64,000 nucleotides of DNA from Myxococcales bacterium (lineage in GTDB: Bacteria; Myxococcota_A; UBA9160; UBA4427). Numbering within the stretch: the first letter of the stretch is position 1; each line of letters begins with the position of its first letter. The notes under the pieces were generated by a model. The model did no database searches, was not told the origin of the DNA, and saw only the letters and a list, made by a program, of their open reading frames with translations. A program made the translations under genes and the position numbers. The stretch spans positions 3,386 to 67,385 of the forward strand of contig JADFNE010000019.1 in the NCBI GenBank assembly GCA_022563535.1, in the 5' to 3' direction. Below are positions 37,769 to 45,815 of this stretch, piece after piece.

Positions 37769-38656
37769 ATGGTAGATCTAGAACACGATCTAGAACACAA
37801 AGACACGCATCGAAAAAGGCGTATCTCGGCCCAGGAACTGACGGCCGAGCGTGTCATCTCGGCCCTGCGGCGCCGGGTCGGAGATGTCCCGCATCGCTTC
37901 GCATGGAACGCAAGTCGCGGCCGCAGCCTCGCCAATCGCGAGCGGTTGCTCGACTACAGGGATCGCCACCGCGGACAGCGTTGTTTCATCCTGGGCAACG
38001 GGCCCAGTCTCGCCAAGATGGACCTTCGGCCCCTGGCCGGGGAGTGGACCTTTGGCATGAACCGAATCTACTTGCTGTTCGAACAGATGGGATTTCTGCC
38101 GAGCTATTACTGCGCGGCCAATGACCTGGTCATCGATCAGTTTGCGCAAGATATCGCCGCACTATCGATGCCCAAATTTCTCAATTGGAACGGCCGGAGC
38201 CACTTCGACCCGAACGACGCATCGCTGCTGTTTCTGCGCCAGGCCCTCACCCTGAGCGACTTCTTCGGCCGGGACCTCGCACGCCCCATCTGTTCGGGAG
38301 GAACGGTGACCTTCCTCGCTCTGCAGGTCGCCTACTACATGGGCTTCCAGCAGGTCGTCTTGATCGGCGTGGATCACAATTTTGTGGACAAGGGCACGCC
38401 CAACCGCGCCGTGACTCGAACCGCCGAAACCGACGAGAATCACTTTCACCCCGACTACTTTCCCAAGGGTTCGCGTTGGCAGCTGCCCGATCTATTGCGC
38501 TCGGAAGAAGCGTACCGACTCGCCCGGGAGGCCTATCAAGCCGACGGTCGCGAGATCGTCGATGCCACCGTGGGTGGAGCGCTCGAAGTCTTCGACAAGG
38601 CGGACTATAGCGACCTGGTCGAATTCGAAGACGACGCTGACGGTGTCGTCGGATGA
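37769..38656 (+). CDS. DUF115 / MptE-like (Maf-type) putative glycosyltransferase, paralog 1
   Basis: RCFILGNGPSL...TFGMNRIY...GGTVTFLALQVAYYMGFQQVVLIGVDHNF. The motifs align with the paralog at 41461..42306. Confidence 0.7.
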   Translation: MVDLEHDLEHKDTHRKRRISAQELTAERVISALRRRVGDVPHRFAWNASRGRSLANRERLLDYRDRHRGQRCFILGNGPSLAKMDLRPLAGEWTFGMNRIYLLFEQMGFLPSYYCAANDLVIDQFAQDIAALSMPKFLNWNGRSHFDPNDASLLFLRQALTLSDFFGRDLARPICSGGTVTFLALQVAYYMGFQQVVLIGVDHNFVDKGTPNRAVTRTAETDENHFHPDYFPKGSRWQLPDLLRSEEAYRLAREAYQADGREIVDATVGGALEVFDKADYSDLVEFEDDADGVVG

Positions 38657-38663
38657 GGGCGGC

Positions 38664-39425
38664 GTGACGAAGCCATCTCCACTCGAACTTCTGCGGAAAG
38701 AAAATCCCCTGTTCCAACTCGCGACGGGCAACGCAGACGTTCCCAGCAGCGAAGATTTGTTTGTCGCGCAGGGCGGGGTCGACACCCGACGTTTCCCTCG
38801 CGCCTCCGCGGCACTGCCCGCGGATAGCCTGGCTGCGGTCCATCGCTTGCTCAGTCCAGAGCAATCCACGATAGAAATTGGTGGCGGTCAATCGACAGTA
38901 GTCTTCGCCAGTACCGTGGCGCGGCACGTCTGCGTAAACCCGGATCGCACGGCAAACGAGCTGGTGCGTGAGTTTCTCGAACGTCACGGAATCTGGCGTG
39001 ACAACGTCGAGTTCCTCGGCGAATCCTCAGACACAGCGCTCCCGGGCCTCGAAGCCCCGGGCGGATTCGACGTCGCATTGATGGACGGAAATCACAGCTT
39101 CCCGTTTCCCATGCTCGACTGGCACTTTATCGATCGACACCTGCACCGAGGGAGCACGCTGATCGTCGACAATGTCGAGATCAACGCGGTCCGAATCCTC
39201 ACCGAGTACCTCGACGGCGAGCCCGCCTATCGACTGATCGAGCGCGTGCGCGAAAGTCATCGTTACGACTGTTACATCTACGAGAAGGTCCGGGATCGCG
39301 TCGTCTCGGGCTGGAACGCACAGGCGATCAATCGCACGACCCTGGCGAGCCTTTGCTTCGACGCCAGCTTGACCGCAATGTGGAAGCCGCTGCAGCGAAT
39401 CAAGCGCCGCATCCTCTCGAACTGA
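38664..39425 (+). CDS. Class I SAM-dependent methyltransferase (Methyltransf_24-like)
   Basis: TIEIGGGQSTVVF (motif I) and FDVALMDGNHSFPFPMLD are present. The start is set at GTG 38664, just after the upstream stop, with GAGGG upstream. Confidence 0.7.
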   Translation: MTKPSPLELLRKENPLFQLATGNADVPSSEDLFVAQGGVDTRRFPRASAALPADSLAAVHRLLSPEQSTIEIGGGQSTVVFASTVARHVCVNPDRTANELVREFLERHGIWRDNVEFLGESSDTALPGLEAPGGFDVALMDGNHSFPFPMLDWHFIDRHLHRGSTLIVDNVEINAVRILTEYLDGEPAYRLIERVRESHRYDCYIYEKVRDRVVSGWNAQAINRTTLASLCFDASLTAMWKPLQRIKRRILSN

Positions 39426-39656
39426 GCCGGGCTCGCCCCAAATCGGTCGAGAACCCACACAGTGCCACGACACCGTGACCAAGTTGTTCCCTTCCTCCGG
39501 CTTTCACAGCCAATAAATCCACGGTTCTCCCGATCTTTAGCCATTTAAGCGCCGTCGATAGAGAGCGCGTTAGCGGTGGAAGTTCGCCGCTTTATTTGTT
39601 CGCAATTCGAAAAGCGAATTTTCGCGATCTACGGAAATTCTGAAAAGGTGAATGCA

Positions 39657-40852
39657 ATGTCGACGAAACACATGGGAATCTGGGTAGGCCTGATTTCAAG
39701 TATCACGTTGCTCGTAGCTTCGGTAGCCAACGCAGACACCGAAGATGCGACCGGGAGCGGGACAACGGTATTTTTTGGCGAAGATGCGCCGGAGCGCTAC
39801 GGACTTCAGGATCTTACGCATAGTTACAATTTTTTGAACCGAGACGATTGGGTAGACAACCCCAACCTCAGCAGGCTTGGGTTGGATGGACTCCCGGCCG
39901 TGGGCGCGCTGATGGAAGAGATGCCAGGCCATCACGAAGTTTACGGACTGGTTCAAGTGGCGACGAGCTGGGAGGGTGTAAATCGCGACTCGGGGGGCTC
40001 CGATACGACCAGCATTCGACTCGACAACAATACATCGATTCTCGGTGTTCGAGGTTGGGTGGGGAATGAAGTGCTCAAGGGAATCTACAACGCCCAGTTC
40101 GGGATTGACTACGACAACAATCCCGTGCTCACCCGGCGCGATACCTATATCGGCCTGAAGCACAGTGAGTGGGGAACCGTGGTGCTTGGTACGACGTCAC
40201 CGCCCTACAAAGCGGTCGCCGCCCGGGATGATCCGTTCCGGGATACAGCAGCCGGATTCGTGTTCGGAGCTCAGAGCTACGCATTTCCGACATCACCCTA
40301 ATCGACGTCAACAACACCATCGAGTACAAGTCGCCGAAAATCATGGGGGCGACCCTCAACGCTGCGGTCTACATCGATGATACGAACGCCGACAAGACCG
40401 GCTACGACGCGGGCTTCGAAATTTATCACGGCATGCTGAATGTGGGCGTTCACTATCTGCGAGCTACCGCGGGCAGCGTCAACATGACCGCGAACCCCGC
40501 CAAGTACGTGCGTGTTCACGCCAAGATCTCCGAAGAGGGCCGCTGGAGCGCTCTCTTCGCCTTTGAACACGAGAACTTCGATGATGGTGCAATGGATGAC
40601 ACGAACTACTTTCACGTAAACGCTACCTACCATGTCAGCCCGAAGATGATGGTGGCCGCATCGCTCGGCATCCAGGATGCCGGCGTTGCCGAAGGTGTCG
40701 GTGGTTCGGTGGGCGTGTTCTATCAGCTCTACAAGCGGTTCCAGCTCCATGCCCTCGTGAGCTCAACCAATCTCGATGACAAATCGATGAGTGTTGGCGA
40801 CCGTACAGTCGTCAGCGCGGGGATGAGCATTTCTTTCGGAGTTGGTAGCTAG
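39657..40852 (+). pseudogene. Gram-negative porin (Porin_4-like) interrupted by a frameshift
   Basis: Signal peptide MSTKHMGIWVGLISSITLLVASVANA. Frame 0 ends at TAA 40299-40301. The porin continues in another frame (...ISDITLIDVNNTIEYKSPKIMGATLNAAVY... to a C-terminal SISFGVGS), and that frame is open from 40232. One indel within 40232-40299 would restore an ORF of about 398 aa. Confidence 0.6.
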
Positions 40853-40904
40853 AAAGTCGAGCTCGCGGTCGGGAACGTCTCCGGGCTGCGTTCTTGTCGG
40901 ATCC

Positions 40905-40942
40905 AACGCGGCGCTTCGAGTTCATAACTCAAGCGCCGCGTT
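40905..40942 (+). terminator. Hairpin downstream of the porin gene (possible terminator)
   Basis: AACGCGGCGCTTCGAGTT-CAT-AACTCAAGCGCCGCGTT forms a ~17-bp stem with one bulge. It is followed by TTGCGTCT, a weak U-tract. Confidence 0.45.
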
Positions 40943-41086
40943 TGCGTCTAATATGCCGACGAGTTGCCTTCTACTGGCTATGAAAGTTTCTACACGGAGT
41001 GGAATGGGATTCACAAATCCACACCGAAGACTCCCCCGTTGTCGGGAGTCGAAATCCAAGTGGCTGTTCTTGCAGAGGTTTCATTT

Positions 41087-41101
41087 TGGCACGAGTCTCG
41101 C
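41087..41101 (+). promoter_or_regulatory. Candidate sigma-54 promoter
   Basis: TGGCACG-AGTC-TCGC has correct GG/GC spacing, a perfect -24 element and a -12 of TCGC instead of TTGC. It lies about 95 nt upstream of the small lipoprotein ORF. Confidence 0.3.
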
Positions 41102-41195
41102 CGTAGACTGAATCATCGAGTTCAGAGGCCGGAAGCAATCCGCTTCCCATCCACTGAGCGAATGATACGGATCAACTACTACGAGGTTTATTGAT

Positions 41196-41354
41196 ATGTC
41201 GAGAATCTACCGATTGCTGCTGATCACTGGTTCCATTCTGATGTTTGCTGCTTGTGCGACTGCTGGTGATGATGTTGTTACGAAAGATGACCTGTCCAAT
41301 TTCGGCAACCGACCGTTTGACATTCAGTGCGTCAGCCAGCACGTCTGTTACTAG
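41196..41354 (+). CDS. Small (52 aa) putative lipoprotein, absent from the ORF track because it is under 60 aa
   Basis: ATG 41196 follows a GAGG RBS. The sequence is MSRIYRLLLITGSILMFAAC|ATAGDD..., with lipobox FAAC and two further Cys near the C-terminus. A strong terminator follows. Confidence 0.45.
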   Translation: MSRIYRLLLITGSILMFAACATAGDDVVTKDDLSNFGNRPFDIQCVSQHVCY

Positions 41355-41417
41355 ACAGTGAGATCCAACGCTGATTTGAAGCTGCGCTGAGCCCGATTGC
41401 TGACGCTGATCTAGCAA

Positions 41418-41448
41418 GGCCCGTTCCCAAAGAACGGGCCTTTTTCTT
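41418..41448 (+). terminator. Rho-independent terminator
   Basis: GGCCCGTTC-CCAAA-GAACGGGCC forms a perfect 9-bp stem and is followed by TTTTTCTT. Confidence 0.65.
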
Positions 41449-41460
41449 GGGCCCTGCCTA

Positions 41461-42306
41461 TTACAAGCTAGAGAACAGAGACTCGTAGTCCACGCGTTCG
41501 AAGACCTCGAGTTTGCCACCCACGCTCGCGTTGACAATCCGCCTGCCGCTCCGCTCGAACACGCGACGGGCCACGGTGTAGGACTTTTCCATGCGATGGG
41601 TCTGCGGGTCCCGCCAGCGATAGCCAGGGCCAAAGTAGTCCGGATCGAAGTGGTTTGGATCCGCACCGGTCGAGGTCCACTCGTGACCCCGGACAATGAG
41701 ATCGTCGGGCTTCGAGTAGGCGTGATCCATACCGAGCAAGATCACTTCTTCAAAACCCATGAAATAGGCCAGCTGCAAACAGATGTACGTCACGGTTCCC
41801 CCGCTGAAGAGCAGGCGAGTGGCATCGTTTGAAAACGCTGGCCAGTTCGCAGACTGGACGTCGTCGAAGTCCTGAATTCCCCGGTAGTAGTAGCGGTTGG
41901 ATCGGTTGAAGCCATGGCATTCGAGCTGCAGCGGAAAAAAACTGACGGAAGCGCGAACGAGGTCCTTGATGTCCTGGAAGCGATCTTCGTGGAACAGCGC
42001 GTCTTCGACGGCGTAGTAGGTCGATTCGAAGCCGAGCCAGTCGTGAAGCAAGAAGGTCCCATTCATCCCGAAAGTGAATTCGTTGGCGAGCGGGGCGGGG
42101 TCATGCTGCTTGAGCGAGGGACCGCAACCGAGAACGAAGCAGCGCTGTCCCGAGTGGATGTCCCGGAACTGCCCGATCCCCGGAGATGAAGAACGGGTGG
42201 CTCGGTACCAGGCATAGAACGCCCGCCGCAGTCCCGCCCGGGTCATCAGTTTCAGGGCTGTGCGCTCCCGGGGACTGAACACCCGCCGCATTTGATCGCG
42301 ATTCAC
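41461..42306 (-). CDS. DUF115 / MptE-like (Maf-type) putative glycosyltransferase, paralog 2
   Basis: RCFVLGCGPSL...TFGMNGTF...GGTVTYICLQLAYFMGFEEVILLGMDHAY, collinear with the gene at 37769..38656. Confidence 0.7.
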   Translation of the reverse strand: MNRDQMRRVFSPRERTALKLMTRAGLRRAFYAWYRATRSSSPGIGQFRDIHSGQRCFVLGCGPSLKQHDPAPLANEFTFGMNGTFLLHDWLGFESTYYAVEDALFHEDRFQDIKDLVRASVSFFPLQLECHGFNRSNRYYYRGIQDFDDVQSANWPAFSNDATRLLFSGGTVTYICLQLAYFMGFEEVILLGMDHAYSKPDDLIVRGHEWTSTGADPNHFDPDYFGPGYRWRDPQTHRMEKSYTVARRVFERSGRRIVNASVGGKLEVFERVDYESLFSSL

Positions 42307-42651
42307 CCTGCTGCCTCTTTGTGTGAGAACTGACGAAAACGCTGCCGCTCTCTTGCAGCCCTAACCGCAAACGCGGCGCCGTGTATCTATCGTCCTCGGA
42401 GTCGAAGTCCTGATCTTCGCAACGATCTCGCACGCAACTCTTTCGGCCGAAGATCGACGACGATTACGACCCGCGGCCAGAACCATGCTTTGACTGGAAA
42501 ACGTGCGAATTCTCGCATCGCAAGCTGGGTGTCGGGTTTCCACAGTGAGAACTGCGAGCCGCGACATCAGGCTGCTACGCTGCTGCGTCGATCATTCGCT
42601 CCGCTTGATCGACGCCTACTCGACTGCCGCGACTGTTCCAGGAGATCACTC

Positions 42652-43368
42652 ATGACGACCCAGCGAGATGGGCACGGGTGGTGGCCGTACCTCGGTCCCT
42701 ATATGGCGTTTCTGCTGGGCGCCCAGTTGTCGGGCGAGTTTCCCGACGCCTGGCAACCCGCGATGTTGGTCGTCAAGCCCGCGCTGCCGGGGGGGTTGAT
42801 TCTCTACTTCTTCCTGCGCGGCGACTATCCAGAGCTTCGTGCCATGAGATTTCGTCCGGGCTGGGCGCTGCTCGACATCGCTTTCGGGGTTTTGTTGGCT
42901 GTCCAATGGATGGGGCCATACTTGCTGATCGAAGCGCTCCCGCGGCCCGATGCCGAGAATGGCTTCAACCCACAGATGGCCGGCGAATCCATGGTCGCAG
43001 TCATTCTGGCGATTCGAATGTTTGGATTTGCGCTGGTGACACCCGTATTCGAGGAACTCTTCATTCGCAGCTTCGTGATGCGCTACGCGGACTGCTACCT
43101 GCGCCCGGGAGACTTCCGCAAGATCGAGATCGCCCGCTATACGCTGCGGAGTTTCATCTCCACGGTGTTGATCTTCACCGTGGCCCACGCGTTCTGGGAG
43201 TGGTGGGTGGCGCTGCCCTGGGTCGTGGCGACCAACCTCTGGTTCTACCTGCGCAAGGACATGAGTTCGGCGATTCTGGTACACGCAGCCACCAACGCGA
43301 GCATTCTCATCTATGTCGTGCTGGCGACCGGCGGCGTGCCGGGGCACGCACTCTGGGTGTTTGCCTAG
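42652..43368 (+). CDS. CPBP (CAAX-protease-like) intramembrane metalloprotease family protein
   Basis: ATG 42652 follows AGGAG. Motifs PVFEELFIRSF (EExxxR), FTVAHAFWEW and VHAATNA are present, with multiple TM helices. Confidence 0.8.
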   Translation: MTTQRDGHGWWPYLGPYMAFLLGAQLSGEFPDAWQPAMLVVKPALPGGLILYFFLRGDYPELRAMRFRPGWALLDIAFGVLLAVQWMGPYLLIEALPRPDAENGFNPQMAGESMVAVILAIRMFGFALVTPVFEELFIRSFVMRYADCYLRPGDFRKIEIARYTLRSFISTVLIFTVAHAFWEWWVALPWVVATNLWFYLRKDMSSAILVHAATNASILIYVVLATGGVPGHALWVFA

Positions 43369-43406
43369 GCGTGCGAAGAGATTGCGGGCGCTGGTGCAGC
43401 CTGTCC

Positions 43407-43823
43407 TCAGGCGGCGCCGCGGTGCCCAAGCCGGATCCGACCGCTGATGTCGGTGAGTTCGACCATGGCCGCCTGTGCGTCTTCTAGCTTGTCGTCCCGG
43501 CAAGCATCGGCCACAACCGTGGCGACGACCGCGAGCGGGGTGTAACCCAGTTCGTCGGCCCGCTGGCGAAGTTTGGTCGCGAGTTCGCACAACAACGCGA
43601 GATCCTCATCGAGATCGGCGTCCTGGAGCCGGTCGACTTCTTCCGCCAGCGAAATGACGAAACTGTCAATGGCATCGCCGAGTGCAAGGTCGTCTTCGAG
43701 GGTGGAGAAAATGGGAGGCTGCTTCTTTTGGGGCATGCCCAACACATCGGCAGGACAATCCGGCCGCTGTACCGCGTATGCGACAGAGGCTTGTGGCGGG
43801 GGGGTCCCCGAAGGGAGTTCCAT
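43407..43823 (-). CDS. Hypothetical acidic helical protein
   Basis: A 138-aa ORF with coding-like composition and no catalytic motif. The start is uncertain (alternative ATG 43736). Confidence 0.5.
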   Translation of the reverse strand: MELPSGTPPPQASVAYAVQRPDCPADVLGMPQKKQPPIFSTLEDDLALGDAIDSFVISLAEEVDRLQDADLDEDLALLCELATKLRQRADELGYTPLAVVATVVADACRDDKLEDAQAAMVELTDISGRIRLGHRGAA

Positions 43824-43839
43824 GGCTCGTCCGGCTGGG

Positions 43840-44583
43840 CTAGCGAGCCTGCCCCTTGGCCTGGCGTCTCGGATTCGAATCGGCCTTTGGTTTCGCGAGA
43901 GACGCCGGGAACGAGAGCGTTCTTCCGTCCCGGGCTTCGAACTCGAGCATCAGCTTTCGCGGACTGGGCAGGTCCTTGAGCAGACGCAGGGAATCGGAGC
44001 CTTGTCGGAGCAGATGAATGCGCAACTTGCCACCGCGAAAATCGAGTGACTCGGTCACCGGCGGATCCGCGCCGACCTCACTCAACTGCAAACGCCCTTT
44101 GACGATGTCGAGTTCGAATCCCCGCTTGCGGCGCAGTTCGGCCTTGAAATCGCGAACCGCCGTATCGCGCCGCTTGGTATTGGGATGTCTCACCGCGAGT
44201 TCTCCAGTGATGTTGGGGGTGCGCCCACCAATTTCGGTAAAACAGCGCGATGCTGTGCCGGCCTCGAGTTCGAGATCGACAAAGCGAATGGTTCCCTCGG
44301 CGGGCCGTGTCACGCCAGTTCCGGGTTCGATCAAGATGCGCCGCAGGCCGCGCTGAGCCCGCCCGTCGATCTTGCAAATGAGTGGGCTCGCGTAATTGCC
44401 CTGGATCCAAATCAAGACGAGATCGTTGAGGCTGGCGGGGGTGAGTGTCTGTGCCCTCGCTTGCGAGAAGAGAGACATGACGAGAGTCAATCCCAGAGCC
44501 CAGCCGACCACAGATGCGAACGCCGCGCCCCGTTCGCGACGGACCTCGCGGTAGCCATGGGTTGATTCAATCGGGCGGAACAT
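43840..44583 (-). CDS. Hypothetical secreted protein
   Basis: 247 aa with a signal/TM segment (AAFASVVGWALGLTLVMSLFSQARAQ). It lies directly upstream of 43407..43823 on the same strand. Confidence 0.55.
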   Translation of the reverse strand: MFRPIESTHGYREVRRERGAAFASVVGWALGLTLVMSLFSQARAQTLTPASLNDLVLIWIQGNYASPLICKIDGRAQRGLRRILIEPGTGVTRPAEGTIRFVDLELEAGTASRCFTEIGGRTPNITGELAVRHPNTKRRDTAVRDFKAELRRKRGFELDIVKGRLQLSEVGADPPVTESLDFRGGKLRIHLLRQGSDSLRLLKDLPSPRKLMLEFEARDGRTLSFPASLAKPKADSNPRRQAKGQAR

Positions 44584-44734
44584 CGAAAGCGTCGGGGCCT
44601 CCCTACGCCGAAGCTTATCACTCGTATCAGGCTCGAGTCGATCGCAGGCCTGGAATGCATTCTTGAATGCACTGAAACCTCGGGGCCAACAGGAATTCTT
44701 GGCAGTACGACCGTGAATACTGCACGCTCATTCC

Positions 44735-45016
44735 ATGAAGTGTTTTGTATGCAACGTCGGGATCGAACTCTCGGCCGAGGGACGCGTGGGCTTCCGTGAA
44801 TGTTGCGAGAGTTGCGGGGCAGATCTGCACATCTGCAAGAACTGCCGCTTCTACGACCCTACGGCCTACAACGAATGCAGCGAACCGAGCGCCGAGCGGG
44901 TGACGGATTCTGAACGGGCGAACCGTTGCGACTGGTTCAGTCCAAGCGACGAAGAGGGCGGGGCGAGTGTTCGCGCAGATTCGCTCGCCGATCTCGACGC
45001 GCTGTTCAAGAAGTAG
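44735..45016 (+). CDS. Small Cys-rich (zinc-ribbon-like) protein
   Basis: 93 aa with CxxC-type pairs: C-FVC, CCESC, CKNC, plus C...C. Confidence 0.6.
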   Translation: MKCFVCNVGIELSAEGRVGFRECCESCGADLHICKNCRFYDPTAYNECSEPSAERVTDSERANRCDWFSPSDEEGGASVRADSLADLDALFKK

Positions 45017-45107
45017 CTGGCCAAATCCCTCACGGGCCCAACCACGACCGCGCAAGGCTGAGTCAGTAAATTTCAGGCCGGCCGCAAATTACCCGATAGG
45101 ACAAATC

Positions 45108-45785
45108 ATGGACCGACGCGGAAAAGATACCTGGACAGTCTTCAAGATCATGGGGGAATTCGTTGAGGGTTTCGAAACCCTGCACGATTGCTGGCCCTCG
45201 GTTTCCGTTTTTGGCGGCGCTCGGGTCCGCCGGGGCAACCCGATCTATGGCCAGGCCGTGGAGATTGGGAGGGCGCTTTCCCACGCGGGCTTTACCGTGA
45301 TTACAGGCGGTGGCCCCGGTGTGATGGAAGCGGCCAACCGTGGTGCCCAGCAGGGTCCCCATGATTCGGTCGGATTGAACATCCGCTTGCCTTTTGAACA
45401 GAAACCGAACCCCTACACCGACAAGCTCGTCAACTTCAACTACTTCTTTGCGCGCAAGGTGATGTTCGTGAAATACGCTTGCGGGATCGTGGGCATGCCG
45501 GGGGGCTTCGGCACCATGGATGAGATATTCGAGGCCCTGACCCTCGTGCAGACGAAGAAGATTCAACGCATGCCGGTGGTGCTCTTCGGCAAGGACTACT
45601 GGAGCGGATTGATCAACTGGATGGAAGACCGCATGCTTGCAGATCGCATGATCGCCAAGAGCGACCTCAAGCTGTTCACGGTCACCGACGACTGCGAAGA
45701 GGTGATCAATGTCATGCTGCGACATCTAAAGCTGTTGCGGCGTCGGGGCGAACTCGAGACCAGTGCAGATCGCGAGACCCCCTAG
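45108..45785 (+). CDS. LOG / TIGR00730 family Rossmann-fold nucleotide phosphoribohydrolase
   Basis: GGGPGVMEAANRGA and PGGFGTMDEIFE are present. The start is at ATG 45108 (MDRRGKDTW). Confidence 0.9.
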   Translation: MDRRGKDTWTVFKIMGEFVEGFETLHDCWPSVSVFGGARVRRGNPIYGQAVEIGRALSHAGFTVITGGGPGVMEAANRGAQQGPHDSVGLNIRLPFEQKPNPYTDKLVNFNYFFARKVMFVKYACGIVGMPGGFGTMDEIFEALTLVQTKKIQRMPVVLFGKDYWSGLINWMEDRMLADRMIAKSDLKLFTVTDDCEEVINVMLRHLKLLRRRGELETSADRETP

Positions 45786-45815
45786 CTACCCCCTGGTTCC
45801 TTCGAAACCACGTGA

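Noticed and set aside
41061-41075. TGGCTGTTCTTGCAG, a second sigma-54-like string near the mini-lipoprotein gene
   Set aside because: The GC element is two nucleotides too close to the GG element. The neighbouring 41087-41101 motif fits better.
42323-42554. The 10-mer GTGAGAACTG occurs twice in the divergent DUF115/CPBP intergenic region
   Set aside because: A single repeated 10-mer in about 350 bp could arise by chance, and it has no palindromic or spacing logic.
42646-43590. 314-aa minus-strand ORF
   Set aside because: It is antisense to the CPBP protease gene (EExxxR and H motifs, TM helices). It is extremely Arg/His/Gly-rich.
43407-43823. Helical acidic protein that superficially resembles an Hpt phosphotransfer domain
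   Set aside because: There is no histidine at the position where the HxxKG motif would be expected, and the similarity is only a helical, acidic pattern. It is left as hypothetical.
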